In this document: piece after piece, positions 29,735 to 39,834 of the stretch
How positions within the stretch are numbered: position 1 is the first letter of the stretch
Layout: the number at the start of each line of letters is the position of its first letter
Assembly: GCA_965224485.1 (NCBI GenBank)
Contig: CBDCZH010000013.1
Span: forward strand, 32,001-96,000
From: Arcobacteraceae bacterium
Lineage (GTDB): Bacteria > Campylobacterota > Campylobacteria > Campylobacterales > Arcobacteraceae
Direction of reading: 5' to 3'
Length of the DNA stretch: 64,000 nucleotides
Translations under genes and position numbers: made by a program
The notes under the pieces: generated by a model
Databases searched by the model: none
Told to the model about the DNA's origin: nothing
The model's input: the letters and a program-made list of their open reading frames with translations, nothing else

Positions 29735-31111
29735 TTAATATTTTATTATAAATTCAGAACCTTCAAGAGGTTTTGACGTGATTTCTAGCTTGAATTTGTG
29801 CAAATTAATGATGTTATAGACTATATTTAATCCTAAACCTAAAGAGTTATTCCAACCATTTTTAGAAACTCTATAAAATTTATTTGTAATTTTATGAAGT
29901 TCTTTTTCTTCTATTCCAATACCTTTATCTATAATAGATAAGGAATTATTTTCTAAATGTACATAAATTGTCTCTTCTGAGTATTTTAAAGCATTTTCTA
30001 TTAAGTTTGAAATAGCAATACATAATAGTGTTTCATCTGCTCTTAGGTATACCTCTTGTGCTTTAAATACTATCTCTCTTTGTTTATAAGTTATTTTTAA
30101 ATCACTTATAATATCAAGTATAAGTTTTTCTAAATTACATTTTTTTAAAACTAAACTCTCTTTTCCTTCATCTAGTTTTAAAGATAATCTTAGTCTATCA
30201 ATCAAAGCAGACATTCTATTAGAAGAAGAATGTATCTTATGTAAAAACTTTTCTTTCATGGCTTTTGGTAAATCCTCATCATTAATCAGAGTTTCACTAT
30301 AACCTGAAATAATAGCAATAGGATTTTTAAATTCATGGGAAATTGCTGAAATTATTTCATCTTTTTGTCTATTTGATAGTTTTAGCTTTGCTGTTTGTTT
30401 TAGTTTTTGTTTATCTTTTTTCTTTAATCTAAGAGCAACTTTTTTTAATAATCTTGCAATTCTGTGAAACTCTAAGGTATAGTTTGATTTTATATAAATT
30501 ATTTCATCTCTTTTTGTTAAAGCAAATAAAAACTTTAAAATACCATCTGTTTCTGCTTGAATTTTTTTAGATATAAAATATGTTCCAAATAGTAAAAAAA
30601 CCATAAAAAGTGCAAATATAGCTATTACTTGCAATGAAATTCTTAAAAAGTTTTCTTCTATGGTATTTAAATAATCTGCCATTCTTATATAATAAACTTC
30701 ATCATTAATACTAACTTTTTTTGCAATATATAAAAGATTTGTATTTAAGGTGTCTGAATAACGTATTATTTTGCCAAAACCATCATATTTAGCATGAATA
30801 ATTTCATATCTTCTTGAATGATTATCCATAGAGTTTTTGTTTTTATGGCTCTCTGCTATAACTTTTCCATCTTTATTTATAATTGTAATTCTAAGATTTA
30901 TCTTAGTTTTTAATCTTCTTATTATATTTTCAATATCATCCATTGAACTTAAAGCTACCTCAAGTGAATCAATATTTTGACTAATATTTTTTTGTGCTTG
31001 TTTGATGTAAATATTTTTTGACCAAAAATATGTTGCTGTTGAAACAGATAATAAGATAACTATAAAGATAATAATATATGTTCGTAAAAATAGTTGATGA
31101 ATTTTTAACAA
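29735..31111 (-). CDS. phoR: Phosphate-regulon sensor histidine kinase (PhoR/PhosS-like)
   Basis: ISHEFKNP, NLIENALKY, KFYRV, GLGL; lies in the pst/phoU operon. Confidence 0.85.
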   Translation of the reverse strand: MLKIHQLFLRTYIIIFIVILLSVSTATYFWSKNIYIKQAQKNISQNIDSLEVALSSMDDIENIIRRLKTKINLRITIINKDGKVIAESHKNKNSMDNHSRRYEIIHAKYDGFGKIIRYSDTLNTNLLYIAKKVSINDEVYYIRMADYLNTIEENFLRISLQVIAIFALFMVFLLFGTYFISKKIQAETDGILKFLFALTKRDEIIYIKSNYTLEFHRIARLLKKVALRLKKKDKQKLKQTAKLKLSNRQKDEIISAISHEFKNPIAIISGYSETLINDEDLPKAMKEKFLHKIHSSSNRMSALIDRLRLSLKLDEGKESLVLKKCNLEKLILDIISDLKITYKQREIVFKAQEVYLRADETLLCIAISNLIENALKYSEETIYVHLENNSLSIIDKGIGIEEKELHKITNKFYRVSKNGWNNSLGLGLNIVYNIINLHKFKLEITSKPLEGSEFIIKY

Positions 31112-31785
31112 AAGATATAACCTTCCCCACGTACTGATTTTAAGTAGTTCTTTTTATTTTTAGGATCAATTTTAGCTTTAAGTCTTTTTATAGCTACATT
31201 TACAGTTTTTAGTTTTTTATCATAAGAGTCTTTCCAAACAGCTTCTAAAAGGTGTTCTCTTGAAAGTAAAATATCTCTATTTTTTACAAATTCTAAAAAT
31301 AAATCATGTTCAAGGTGGGTTAATTCTACTAAAGTATTTTCTATTAAAAAAGTTTTATTTGAAGCTTTATAAATAATATCTCTAACTTTTAATATTTCAA
31401 CTTTTTTTGAACTTCTTTTAATAACAGCATTTACTCTTGCACTTAATTCTTTTAAATTAAAAGGTTTGGTAATATAATCATCTGCATATTTATCAAAACC
31501 TTCTAAAATATCTTCGGTTTTGTCTTTTGCAGTAAGATAAATTACAGGGTTATTATAACCTTTTTGTTTTATCTCTTGTATATAATCACTTCCTTCAATA
31601 GAGGGTAAATTCCTATCCATTAAAATTAGATCAATATTCTCTTCATCTAAAACTTTTTGAACTTGTGATGTAATATTTAAAAAACCAATAGTTTCATAAC
31701 CCTCTTTTTGTAGGGTATATTCAATTAGTTCTAAAATATCTTCTTCATCTTCAACTATTAAAATTGTTTTTTTTAACAAAATCAA
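31105..31785 (-). CDS. phoB: Phosphate-regulon response regulator (PhoB/PhosR-like)
   Basis: IVEDE, LMDRNLP, DDYITKPF, VRGEGY; genomic context. Confidence 0.87.
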   Translation of the reverse strand: MILLKKTILIVEDEEDILELIEYTLQKEGYETIGFLNITSQVQKVLDEENIDLILMDRNLPSIEGSDYIQEIKQKGYNNPVIYLTAKDKTEDILEGFDKYADDYITKPFNLKELSARVNAVIKRSSKKVEILKVRDIIYKASNKTFLIENTLVELTHLEHDLFLEFVKNRDILLSREHLLEAVWKDSYDKKLKTVNVAIKRLKAKIDPKNKKNYLKSVRGEGYIFC

Positions 31786-31796
31786 ACCTCTTTGTT

Positions 31797-32207
31797 TTAA
31801 TTTCTATCCTCATCCTCTTCTTCTTTTAAGGCTTCTTTCTCTTTTCTATTACTGCCAGGTGAGAATTTTATTGCTAAAATTCTAAAAATAAAGAAGACAA
31901 AAATAACAAGTAATAAAAAGCTAATATCAAAATAATCTTTACTTTTATGAGATGCTAAAATAATTACATCTCTAATTAAAAAAATTATAAAAATATCAAT
32001 AACAAACCTTAGTCTTAGTTTCTCTTTTTTTATAAAATCAGAAATCATTTTAACAACTTCCATTATTACAATGAACTCCAACATTAAAATAATTGCTTTG
32101 TAAAACTCTAATTGTATTAGTAAAATAAAAACAAAAACTATGATTGCTATTAACATTTCATAATTAGAACTGAAATAATCTTTTATTGTATTTAGTGCTT
32201 TTTTCAT
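31797..32207 (-). CDS. PsiE-family phosphate-starvation-inducible membrane protein
   Basis: 4 TM, LEFIVIMEV...IDIFIIFLIRDVI; between phoU and phoB. Confidence 0.75.
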   Translation of the reverse strand: MKKALNTIKDYFSSNYEMLIAIIVFVFILLIQLEFYKAIILMLEFIVIMEVVKMISDFIKKEKLRLRFVIDIFIIFLIRDVIILASHKSKDYFDISFLLLVIFVFFIFRILAIKFSPGSNRKEKEALKEEEDEDRN

Positions 32208-32227
32208 TTAAAATTATAGCTAATTAA

Positions 32228-32902
32228 CTATGAGATAGCTATTTCTCCTCCAAAATGAGCAAATAACATTAGAGATGAAATACTAACAGCTCTATCTGCT
32301 ACTTTTTCTATTCTTCTTAAAGAACTTAAAATATCAAAATAATCTTTTGATAACTCTGCATTTTTTGAAATAAGTTTTAAAATATTCTTTTCAACCATTG
32401 CGTATAAATCATCAGTTTTAGACTCTTCTACTAGTGTTTTATTATATAACTCTTCAATTCTTGAGTTCTGTGTATTTAAACAATCTAACATCTCAATCGC
32501 ATGAGATAAAGAAGTAAGTGCTGCTTTATTTAAAGGAATTGTATATTCTAAAATTGTAGCAGTATCAAGCTCATCAGAATATGCTTTTCTGAAAGTTTTT
32601 AAAAATCCTTTAGTATTAGTACCCGCTCGTATTAATTCATTTGTAATCTTTAAATATGAAACTAAATGTCTTAAATCTTTAGCTTCAGGTGAGTGAAGAG
32701 CTAATGTTTTTACAATTAAGTTATCAATAATATTAGATCTCGAAATTAGTTTCTTACTAGAAATTTCTATTGTTTTAAACTCTTCAATATTATTCTCTTT
32801 TAAAGCTAATAAAGATAGTTTATTTGCTTGTGTTATTGCATGAGCAATCTCTTTTATTTCTTTTTTAATTAAATCTATTTTTTCTTCGTATGGTTTTAAC
32901 AT
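32228..32902 (-). CDS. phoU: Phosphate signalling regulator
   Basis: PEAKDLR, RIEKVADRA; follows pstB. Confidence 0.88.
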   Translation of the reverse strand: MLKPYEEKIDLIKKEIKEIAHAITQANKLSLLALKENNIEEFKTIEISSKKLISRSNIIDNLIVKTLALHSPEAKDLRHLVSYLKITNELIRAGTNTKGFLKTFRKAYSDELDTATILEYTIPLNKAALTSLSHAIEMLDCLNTQNSRIEELYNKTLVEESKTDDLYAMVEKNILKLISKNAELSKDYFDILSSLRRIEKVADRAVSISSLMLFAHFGGEIAIS

Positions 32903-33711
32903 TATCCGAACCTTCCTGTTATATAATCTTCTGTTTTTGTCTGTGTTGGATTTACAAAAATAGTTTCTGTTTTATCATATTCAATTAGTTTACCTAAGTG
33001 AAAGAATGCAGTCATATCAGCTACACGTGCAGCTTGTTGCATATTATGTGTTACTGTAATTATTGTATATTTTTCTTTTAGCTCTAACATAAGGGCTTCT
33101 ATTTTTTCTGTACTTATTGGGTCAAGTGCTGATGTTGGCTCATCCATCAAAATAATTTCTGGTCTAATAGCCATAGTTCTAGCAATACAAAGTCTTTGCT
33201 GCTGTCCACCTGAGAGAGAAGTCCCTGGTTCTTTTAATTTATCTTTTACTTCATTCCAAAGTCCAGCATCTCTAAGTGATTTTTCAACTAAAGCATCACA
33301 CTCTTTACCTTTTTTAACTAAAAGATGTTTTATAGGAGCATAAGCAACATTTTCATAAATTGATTTTGCAAAAGGATTAGGTTGTTGAAATACCATTCCT
33401 ACTCTTTTTCTAACACTTACTTCATCAACATCTTTATCATAAATATTTTTATTATCTATAATTACTTCACCTTCTATTTTAACAGAGCTTATTAAATCAT
33501 TCATTCTATTTAAACATCTTAAAAAAGTTGATTTTCCACAACCAGATGGGCCTATTAAAGCTGTTATTTTATTTTCATATATAGGAATAGAAATATTATG
33601 TAATGCATGGTTATCTCCGTACCATAGGTTTAACTCTTTTGTATTTATTTTTACTTCTTGTTTATTGTTTGTTTCTTGCGTGTTTTGTGTTTCTTGTATT
33701 TCTTTGCTCAT
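32902..33711 (-). CDS. pstB: Phosphate ABC transporter ATPase
   Basis: [39 protein letters not shown]. Confidence 0.97.
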   Translation of the reverse strand: MSKEIQETQNTQETNNKQEVKINTKELNLWYGDNHALHNISIPIYENKITALIGPSGCGKSTFLRCLNRMNDLISSVKIEGEVIIDNKNIYDKDVDEVSVRKRVGMVFQQPNPFAKSIYENVAYAPIKHLLVKKGKECDALVEKSLRDAGLWNEVKDKLKEPGTSLSGGQQQRLCIARTMAIRPEIILMDEPTSALDPISTEKIEALMLELKEKYTIITVTHNMQQAARVADMTAFFHLGKLIEYDKTETIFVNPTQTKTEDYITGRFG

Positions 33712-33790
33712 GTTTCCTCTTTTCTTCAGGGTTATCTTTTTTTATTTCTTATTTCTTTTGTTCATTTTTCATTGTTCTTTTGTCATTCTG

Positions 33791-33993
33791 CCTTCGTTGG
33801 TGCTCGTTCCTCGCACATCAACTACGGTTCCGACAGTACTCTTTCCTTCGTTGGTGCTCGTTCCTCGCACATCAACTTTGGTTCCGACAGTACTCTTTCC
33901 TTCGTTGGTGCTCGTTCCTCGCACATCAACTTTGGTTCCGACAGTACGCTTTCCTTCGTTGGTGCTCGTTCCTCGCACATCAACTACGGTTCC
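33791..33993. repeat. 54-bp GC-rich tandem repeat, about 3.8 copies
   Basis: Unit CCTTCGTTGGTGCTCGTTCCTCGCACATCAACTWYGGTTCCGACAGTACKCTTT starting at 33791, 33845, 33899 and 33953. Confidence 0.95.
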
Positions 33994-34033
33994 AAAGCTA
34001 TAAAAGTGAAGCAGTTCACTTTTATTACGCTTT

Positions 34034-35236
34034 TCACCACTTAACCTCATACTTTTTTCTCAAATAAATTGCTACTGCATTTAGGGATATAAGTATGCTT
34101 AATAAAACCATAATACCAGCGGCAGTTTTTTCTATATACATTCGCTCAGGCATTCCAGACCAAGTAAAAAGTTGTGCTGGCATAACTGTTGCTGCTTCAA
34201 AGATAGATGTTGGAGTATCTGGAATAAATGCAATCATTCCTATAATAATTAAAGGAGCAGTTTCTCCCATAGCTTGTGCTAAACCAATAATAGAACCTGT
34301 TAAAATACCTGGAAAAGCTATTGGCAAAACATGATCTCTGGTTACTTCGATTTTAGTAAGACCTAAACCATAAGCTGCTTGTCTAATAGAATCAGGAACA
34401 GAACGTAAGGCTGCTCGTGAGCTTACTATTATAATAGGTAAGGTCATTAAAGCTAGGGTTAATCCTCCAACTAAAGGTGAGCTTCTTGGCATTCCAAAAA
34501 GGGATATAAAAATAGCAAGTCCTAAAAGACCAAATAAAATAGAAGGAATTGCTGCAAGATTATTAATATTAATTTCAATTATTTGAGTTAATCTATTATC
34601 TTCTGCAAACTCTTCTAAATAAATAGCTGTCATTACTCCAATTGGAAAAGCAACTATCATGGTTACTAGCAGGGTTAAAATTGAACCAATTACAGCTGAT
34701 TTTATTCCTGCATATTCTGGTATTTTAGAATCACCGTTTGTAAAGAATATCTTATTAAACTGTAAATTGACATTTCCTTCTTCTTTCATTTTTTTAAGTA
34801 AGGTAAGTTCTTTTTCTTTTAGTTTATAATAATGACCTTTTAAATATTGATCAACTTGATCATCTGCTAAAACCCAAACTAATTTTGTAGTATTTAAAAG
34901 TTGTGGATTTTGTTTGATTTCTCTTGGAATATTTCTAAGCCAAGCTCGTGATACTATTTTTCTATATTTCTTTTGTATTGCTACTCTTGAGTTCTCTATG
35001 CTCTTTTTGCTGTAATTTACTTCAATTTGAACATAAGCTTGTTGATAAGCTGGCAAACCTTTTGTAATAATATCAGTTAAGAAAAAAAGTAAAAATAGTA
35101 TTGAAAATACTAAAGATCCAAGGGTAAATCTTTTAAATCTTCTTGCACTAGCATGTCTTGAATTTAAACTTGCATCATAAAATGGATTTGTATCTCTTTT
35201 ATTCTTTTTAATATACTTATTATCTCTATTTATCAT
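34034..35236 (-). CDS. pstA: Phosphate ABC transporter permease
   Basis: AIYLEEF, LAAIPSILFGLLG, MGETAP. Confidence 0.95.
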   Translation of the reverse strand: MINRDNKYIKKNKRDTNPFYDASLNSRHASARRFKRFTLGSLVFSILFLLFFLTDIITKGLPAYQQAYVQIEVNYSKKSIENSRVAIQKKYRKIVSRAWLRNIPREIKQNPQLLNTTKLVWVLADDQVDQYLKGHYYKLKEKELTLLKKMKEEGNVNLQFNKIFFTNGDSKIPEYAGIKSAVIGSILTLLVTMIVAFPIGVMTAIYLEEFAEDNRLTQIIEININNLAAIPSILFGLLGLAIFISLFGMPRSSPLVGGLTLALMTLPIIIVSSRAALRSVPDSIRQAAYGLGLTKIEVTRDHVLPIAFPGILTGSIIGLAQAMGETAPLIIIGMIAFIPDTPTSIFEAATVMPAQLFTWSGMPERMYIEKTAAGIMVLLSILISLNAVAIYLRKKYEVKW

Positions 35237-36162
35237 AATGTATTCACTTTATATTTTTCTTTGAATTTTCTAATCATAATTAATGATATGATATTTAAAA
35301 CAAGAGTAACTGCAAATAGAACTAAACCTAGGGCAAAAGCACTTAGTGTTGCTGGTGAATTAAATGCCTGATCACCTACAAGTGCATCAACAACTCTAAC
35401 GGTTACTGTTGTCATGTCTTCTAAGGGATTAATAGATAAATTAGGTCGAAGACCTGCTGCCATAACAACAATCATAGTCTCACCTAAAGCTTTAGAAAGT
35501 CCTAAAAGTGAGGCTGAAATTATTCCAGGAAGCGCAGAAGGAAGTACTATGTTTTTAATAGTTTCACCTTGAGTTAAACCTAAACCTAAAGCTGCTTTTC
35601 TCTGTGAGTCTGGAACTGCTCTTATTACATCATCACTTAAAGACGAAATAACAGGAATAATCATAATCCCCATAACCACACCAGAAGCTAAAGCAGAGTT
35701 AAAAGTGGCCTCTAAACCAACGAAATTGGCTGCTTTTACTATTAAAGGTGCAACTGTAATTGCTGCAAAGAAACCATATACAACAGTAGGAATTCCAGCT
35801 AATACTTCTAACATTGGTTTTAAATAATCTCTTGTTCTTGAAGAGGCGTACTCACTCATGTAAATAGCAGAACCAAGTCCAACTGGAATAGCTACTGACA
35901 TTGCTATTAAAGTAATCATAAATGTTCCTGCAAAAATAGGAATAGCACCAAACTTACTATCTTCTACTCCTGGTGACCATTCAGTTCCAGAAATAAAGTA
36001 CCAAAAACTTTTCATTTGAAAAAACTCTATAGCTTCAAATAAAATTGAAAATAGAATTCCAAAAGTTGTTAAAATTGAAATTGTTGATGCAATTATTAAA
36101 AAACTTTTGATTATTTTTTCTTTTAAAAGTGTTGTTTGTTTTTTAGATTCAAAACTTTTCAA
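35233..36162 (-). CDS. pstC: Phosphate ABC transporter permease
   Basis: GTEWSP, LAGIPTVVYG, LGETMIV. Confidence 0.95.
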   Translation of the reverse strand: MKSFESKKQTTLLKEKIIKSFLIIASTISILTTFGILFSILFEAIEFFQMKSFWYFISGTEWSPGVEDSKFGAIPIFAGTFMITLIAMSVAIPVGLGSAIYMSEYASSRTRDYLKPMLEVLAGIPTVVYGFFAAITVAPLIVKAANFVGLEATFNSALASGVVMGIMIIPVISSLSDDVIRAVPDSQRKAALGLGLTQGETIKNIVLPSALPGIISASLLGLSKALGETMIVVMAAGLRPNLSINPLEDMTTVTVRVVDALVGDQAFNSPATLSAFALGLVLFAVTLVLNIISLIMIRKFKEKYKVNTL

Positions 36163-36190
36163 AAAATACCTTTGTGTTTATTTATGTAAA

Positions 36191-36223
36191 AGTATAAATC
36201 AAAATGGTTACAAAATGGTTACA
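36191..36223 (-). promoter_or_regulatory. Pho-box-like direct repeat plus -10 upstream of pstC
   Basis: TGTAACC repeated at 11-bp spacing, 10 nt before TATACT. Confidence 0.75.
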
Positions 36224-36238
36224 ATAAGTAGGGATAGC

Positions 36239-37969
36239 CTAAAAACTGAGGCATAAAGGTATGTTGTTCTTTTTAGATATTTTTTTAGCAAGGCTAATTG
36301 TAAAATCAAAATTCTCTTTTTTTCTGTGAGAATTTATTTCAATTAAAGCACAAGATACACTTAATAATGAAAATTTTCTTTTAATATTAAATCTATCCTT
36401 TGTTAAAATATAATTATTTTTAATATCTTCTTTCTTATATAAACTTCTAACATTGTCTTTAAAAGTATTTTGCAAGTCTAAGGCTATTTGATATATTTCT
36501 TCACATGATTTATTTTCAAAAGCCACAAAAAAATCGTCTCCTCCAATATGAGCAATAAAAGTCCCAAGATTTAGAGATTTTTTAAGTAATTCAGAAAAAA
36601 TCAAAATTGCTCTATCTCCTTGTCTGAAACCATAATAATCATTAAAAGGTTTAAAATCATTAAAATCAAAATATAATATATGTGTTGTTCTATTTTTATT
36701 TTCAAAAGCATTTAGAATATACTCTTCAATTTTTTCATTTCCAGGAAGTTTTGTTAATGGATTTTGATTTTTTGCTATTTCTATATTTCTTTTGTAAGAT
36801 AAAGATAATAAAGAATTTACAGAAATAAAACCTTTATATTTATTAGCAGAAGTTACGAATATACCTTTTGAATTATTCTCAGAACTATTATATATTTCTA
36901 AAATCTTATCAACTCCCCATTTCTCTTCTACACTTAAAGCATCTTTCATAAAAGATGCTAATTTAGGACTATTTGCTTTATTCTTAGCAAGGGAGTGACC
37001 ATATTGTGAATAAGAAATCTGCTTTATATCCAGTTCATAAATAATACCTTTTATCTGATAATAGGAGTCGATTAAAGGTACAAAAGTGTTTTCAGGATTT
37101 TTTTTAAAATATGTGAATAACTCTTCTAAAGACGCATTCATATCTAAGGATTTTATTTCATCAATATACTCTTTTTTTATACTATTTGTTTTATGAACTC
37201 TTTTATCTTCTTCTATATATTTTATAATATGCTTGTATTTATTCTGCAAGTTTGAAAGCTCATCTTGTGCTTTTTGTACTAAATATCCTTGAATAAAATC
37301 AAGTCCTAGTTCCTTACAAGTATAATACTCTTCTTTACACTCAACTCCTTCAGCTACTACTTTCATTCCCATCATATGTGCCATATTTGTAATAGAAGAG
37401 CAAAAAAGTCTTTTTTTACTATCTTTATGAATATTTGTTATAAAAAATCTATCTATTTTTATTATGTTTGCTTCTGAGAAGTATAAAAGTTTTAAACCAG
37501 ATACTCCTATTCCAAAATCATCAATTGCGATATTAAAACCACTTGTTTTATAATGTTTTATCATTGAACTCATTGCACTTTGTTCAATCATACTTCCTTT
37601 TTCACTTAATTCAAAATAAATTGCATCTTTACTTAAATTAAACTCTTTAAGTATTTTTATTGTGTTTCCAGTTTCATAATTATTATTATAAATAATTCTA
37701 TTATCAAGATTATAAAAAAGTTTTAGATTTGGTATTTTTATTTTTGAGAATTTTTTTATTGCTTTATATCTTAGCGCTAAATCAAAGTCATATAAAACAT
37801 TATCTTCAAAAGCAGTATTAAATAAACTTTGAATATTATGTGTTCCAGCTGCTTCAAATACATTTCTAAGTAATGCTTCAACGGCGTATATTTTTCCAGT
37901 GTGAGTATGGATTATAGCTTGAAAAGAGTATTCGAGTTTAGCTAAAATATTTGTCCATTTTGAATTCAT
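36239..37969 (-). CDS. EAL-(CBS-like)-GGDEF c-di-GMP enzyme
   Basis: VEALLR, DDFGIG, IKIDR, VAEGVE; NPLTKLPG, FKPFNDYYG..GD, HIGGDDF. Confidence 0.92.
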   Translation of the reverse strand: MNSKWTNILAKLEYSFQAIIHTHTGKIYAVEALLRNVFEAAGTHNIQSLFNTAFEDNVLYDFDLALRYKAIKKFSKIKIPNLKLFYNLDNRIIYNNNYETGNTIKILKEFNLSKDAIYFELSEKGSMIEQSAMSSMIKHYKTSGFNIAIDDFGIGVSGLKLLYFSEANIIKIDRFFITNIHKDSKKRLFCSSITNMAHMMGMKVVAEGVECKEEYYTCKELGLDFIQGYLVQKAQDELSNLQNKYKHIIKYIEEDKRVHKTNSIKKEYIDEIKSLDMNASLEELFTYFKKNPENTFVPLIDSYYQIKGIIYELDIKQISYSQYGHSLAKNKANSPKLASFMKDALSVEEKWGVDKILEIYNSSENNSKGIFVTSANKYKGFISVNSLLSLSYKRNIEIAKNQNPLTKLPGNEKIEEYILNAFENKNRTTHILYFDFNDFKPFNDYYGFRQGDRAILIFSELLKKSLNLGTFIAHIGGDDFFVAFENKSCEEIYQIALDLQNTFKDNVRSLYKKEDIKNNYILTKDRFNIKRKFSLLSVSCALIEINSHRKKENFDFTISLAKKISKKNNIPLCLSF

Positions 37970-37983
37970 GTTATGCCTTTTTC

Positions 37984-38078
37984 ATGATTCCATACTTAGA
38001 TTTTTATCTCTTTGTTCGCAGCTTAAAACAGATAAAAACCTAAGTATAGAATCATAAAGAGAACTTCTCTTTATGATT
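37984..38078 (-). terminator. Overlapping double hairpin downstream of pstS
   Basis: AATCATAAAGAGA/TCTCTTTATGATT plus a ~26-bp-arm hairpin at 37984-38055. Confidence 0.7.
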
Positions 38079-38082
38079 TTCT

Positions 38083-39141
38083 TTATTTTTTACTTAAGTC
38101 TTTAAGTGTTAACTTAGTTCTTGAAGATACACTATTTCTAATATTACTTCTTCTTGAATTTGGTAAAGCAATAAGACCAATTTCTCCTAATATACCATCA
38201 CTACCTATCATGTTTTCACTCATAAACATTGAAATATACTTATTCATTGCAGGTACATTTTTACTATGAGAGTTTTTAACATAGAAGAATAAAGATCTAG
38301 ATATTGGATATTTCCCAGATGATATTGTTTTAGGAGTTGGTAAAACACCATTAACTTTAGCACCAATTAACTTATCATCATTTTCAATTAAAAAAGAGTA
38401 ACCAAAAATTCCAAAAGCATTTTTATTTTTAGTAAGTTTTCTTACAATAATATTATCATTTTCACCTGATGGAACATATACACCATCTTGTCTAACTTTA
38501 TGATATTTTTTATAAGCTTTGAATTTCTTCTTATCACTTTTATAAAGATTTGTATAAACTGACATTTTTTTGAAAGTACCTTTTAAAACCATATCTTCAA
38601 AAGCATCTCTAGTTCCTGATGATGTAGGAGGACCATAAATTATAATTTCTCTATCAGGTAAAGTTGCATCAATTTGATTCCATCTTTTATATGGATTTTT
38701 AACTAATGATTTACCATCTTTAGAAGGAACTTCAGCAGCAACAGCTAATGCTAACTGTTTTTTATTTACAGAAAATGCTTTATTTGATTTATCTTGAGCA
38801 AAAGCAATACCATCAAAGCCAATAACAGCTTCTGTTATATCAGTAACACCATTTTTCTCACACATCTTGAATTCTTTTGTTTTCATTCTTCTTGATGCGT
38901 TTGTAATATCAGGAGTATTCATACCATTACCAGCACAAAATAGTTTCATTCCTCCACCTGAACCAGTTGATTCAACAACAGGAGTAGGGTACTTAGAAGT
39001 TGCTCCTAATTCTTCAGCCACTGAGCTTGAAAAAGGGTAAACAGTTGATGAACCAACAATCTTAATTTGGTCTCTTGCACTTAAGCTTACACTTAAAGCA
39101 GCACTTGCTAATAAAACTATTGCAGTTTTCTTCATTGTCAT
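38083..39141 (-). CDS. pstS: Phosphate ABC transporter substrate-binding protein
   Basis: VGSSTVYP, STGSGGG, SSGTRDAF, YPISRSLF. Confidence 0.95.
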   Translation of the reverse strand: MTMKKTAIVLLASAALSVSLSARDQIKIVGSSTVYPFSSSVAEELGATSKYPTPVVESTGSGGGMKLFCAGNGMNTPDITNASRRMKTKEFKMCEKNGVTDITEAVIGFDGIAFAQDKSNKAFSVNKKQLALAVAAEVPSKDGKSLVKNPYKRWNQIDATLPDREIIIYGPPTSSGTRDAFEDMVLKGTFKKMSVYTNLYKSDKKKFKAYKKYHKVRQDGVYVPSGENDNIIVRKLTKNKNAFGIFGYSFLIENDDKLIGAKVNGVLPTPKTISSGKYPISRSLFFYVKNSHSKNVPAMNKYISMFMSENMIGSDGILGEIGLIALPNSRRSNIRNSVSSRTKLTLKDLSKK

Positions 39142-39170
39142 TTTAATTCTCCGTAAAATTTAGATGAAGA

Positions 39171-39203
39171 ATTATAAACTAAGAGAGTTACAGTTTGGTT
39201 ACT
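39171..39203 (-). promoter_or_regulatory. Pho-box-like direct repeat plus -10 upstream of pstS
   Basis: AGTAAC-n5-TGTAAC, 10 nt before TATAAT; same geometry as the pstC promoter. Confidence 0.75.
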
Positions 39204-39212
39204 AAATAATTT

Positions 39213-39833
39213 TTATGAAAGTTTGATTAAATCAAATAAAGAGTAAGCAATAAAAAGCATTAAAAAACCAATACTTAAATCAAGTATCTTCCATGTTAAG
39301 GGTTTTTTAAATAAAGGAATTAAAACTCTAGCTCCATAAGCTAAAGATAAAAACCAAAAAGCAGAAGCACAAGTGGCACCTATGATAAAATAAATTTTTA
39401 ATTCATTTTGAAGATTCGCACCAATACCACCTATTAGTAAAATGGTATCTAGATAGGTATGTGGATTTAAAAAAGTAAATACTAGAACTAGGGTAATAAC
39501 TTCTTTTACAGGATTTGTTTTAGCCTTAGTATCTATTTGTAAACTTTCATTTTCTAGGGCTTTTTTAAATGAAGTAAAGGCATAAAAAATTAAAAAAAGT
39601 ATTCCAAATATTGCAATAGAGTTGATTAAAACCTGATTTCCCTGAATAAAGAATCCAAGTCCATAAACTCCTGCACTTATTAATAAAGCATCAAATAATA
39701 TACACATAAGAGCTGCTTTTAAAACATGTTGTTTTAAAAGTCCAAGTTTTAGAATATAAGCATTTTGTGCACCAATTGCAATAATTAGTGTAATTGTTAC
39801 AATGAAACCTTTTAATAAAACTTGTTCAATCAT
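39213..39833 (-). CDS. LysE/ArgO amino-acid exporter
   Basis: IAIGAQNAY, TFLNPHTYLDT. Confidence 0.9.
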   Translation of the reverse strand: MIEQVLLKGFIVTITLIIAIGAQNAYILKLGLLKQHVLKAALMCILFDALLISAGVYGLGFFIQGNQVLINSIAIFGILFLIFYAFTSFKKALENESLQIDTKAKTNPVKEVITLVLVFTFLNPHTYLDTILLIGGIGANLQNELKIYFIIGATCASAFWFLSLAYGARVLIPLFKKPLTWKILDLSIGFLMLFIAYSLFDLIKLS

Positions 39834-39834
39834 T

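Noticed and set aside
33791..33993. CRISPR or TIGR-like guide array
   Set aside because: Units are nearly identical end to end with no unique spacers, and no cas or nuclease gene is present in the window.
33603..34067. Three overlapping plus-strand ORFs (154, 128, 112 aa)
   Set aside because: They arise from a stop-free 54-bp repeat, are antisense to the pst operon and have no RBS.
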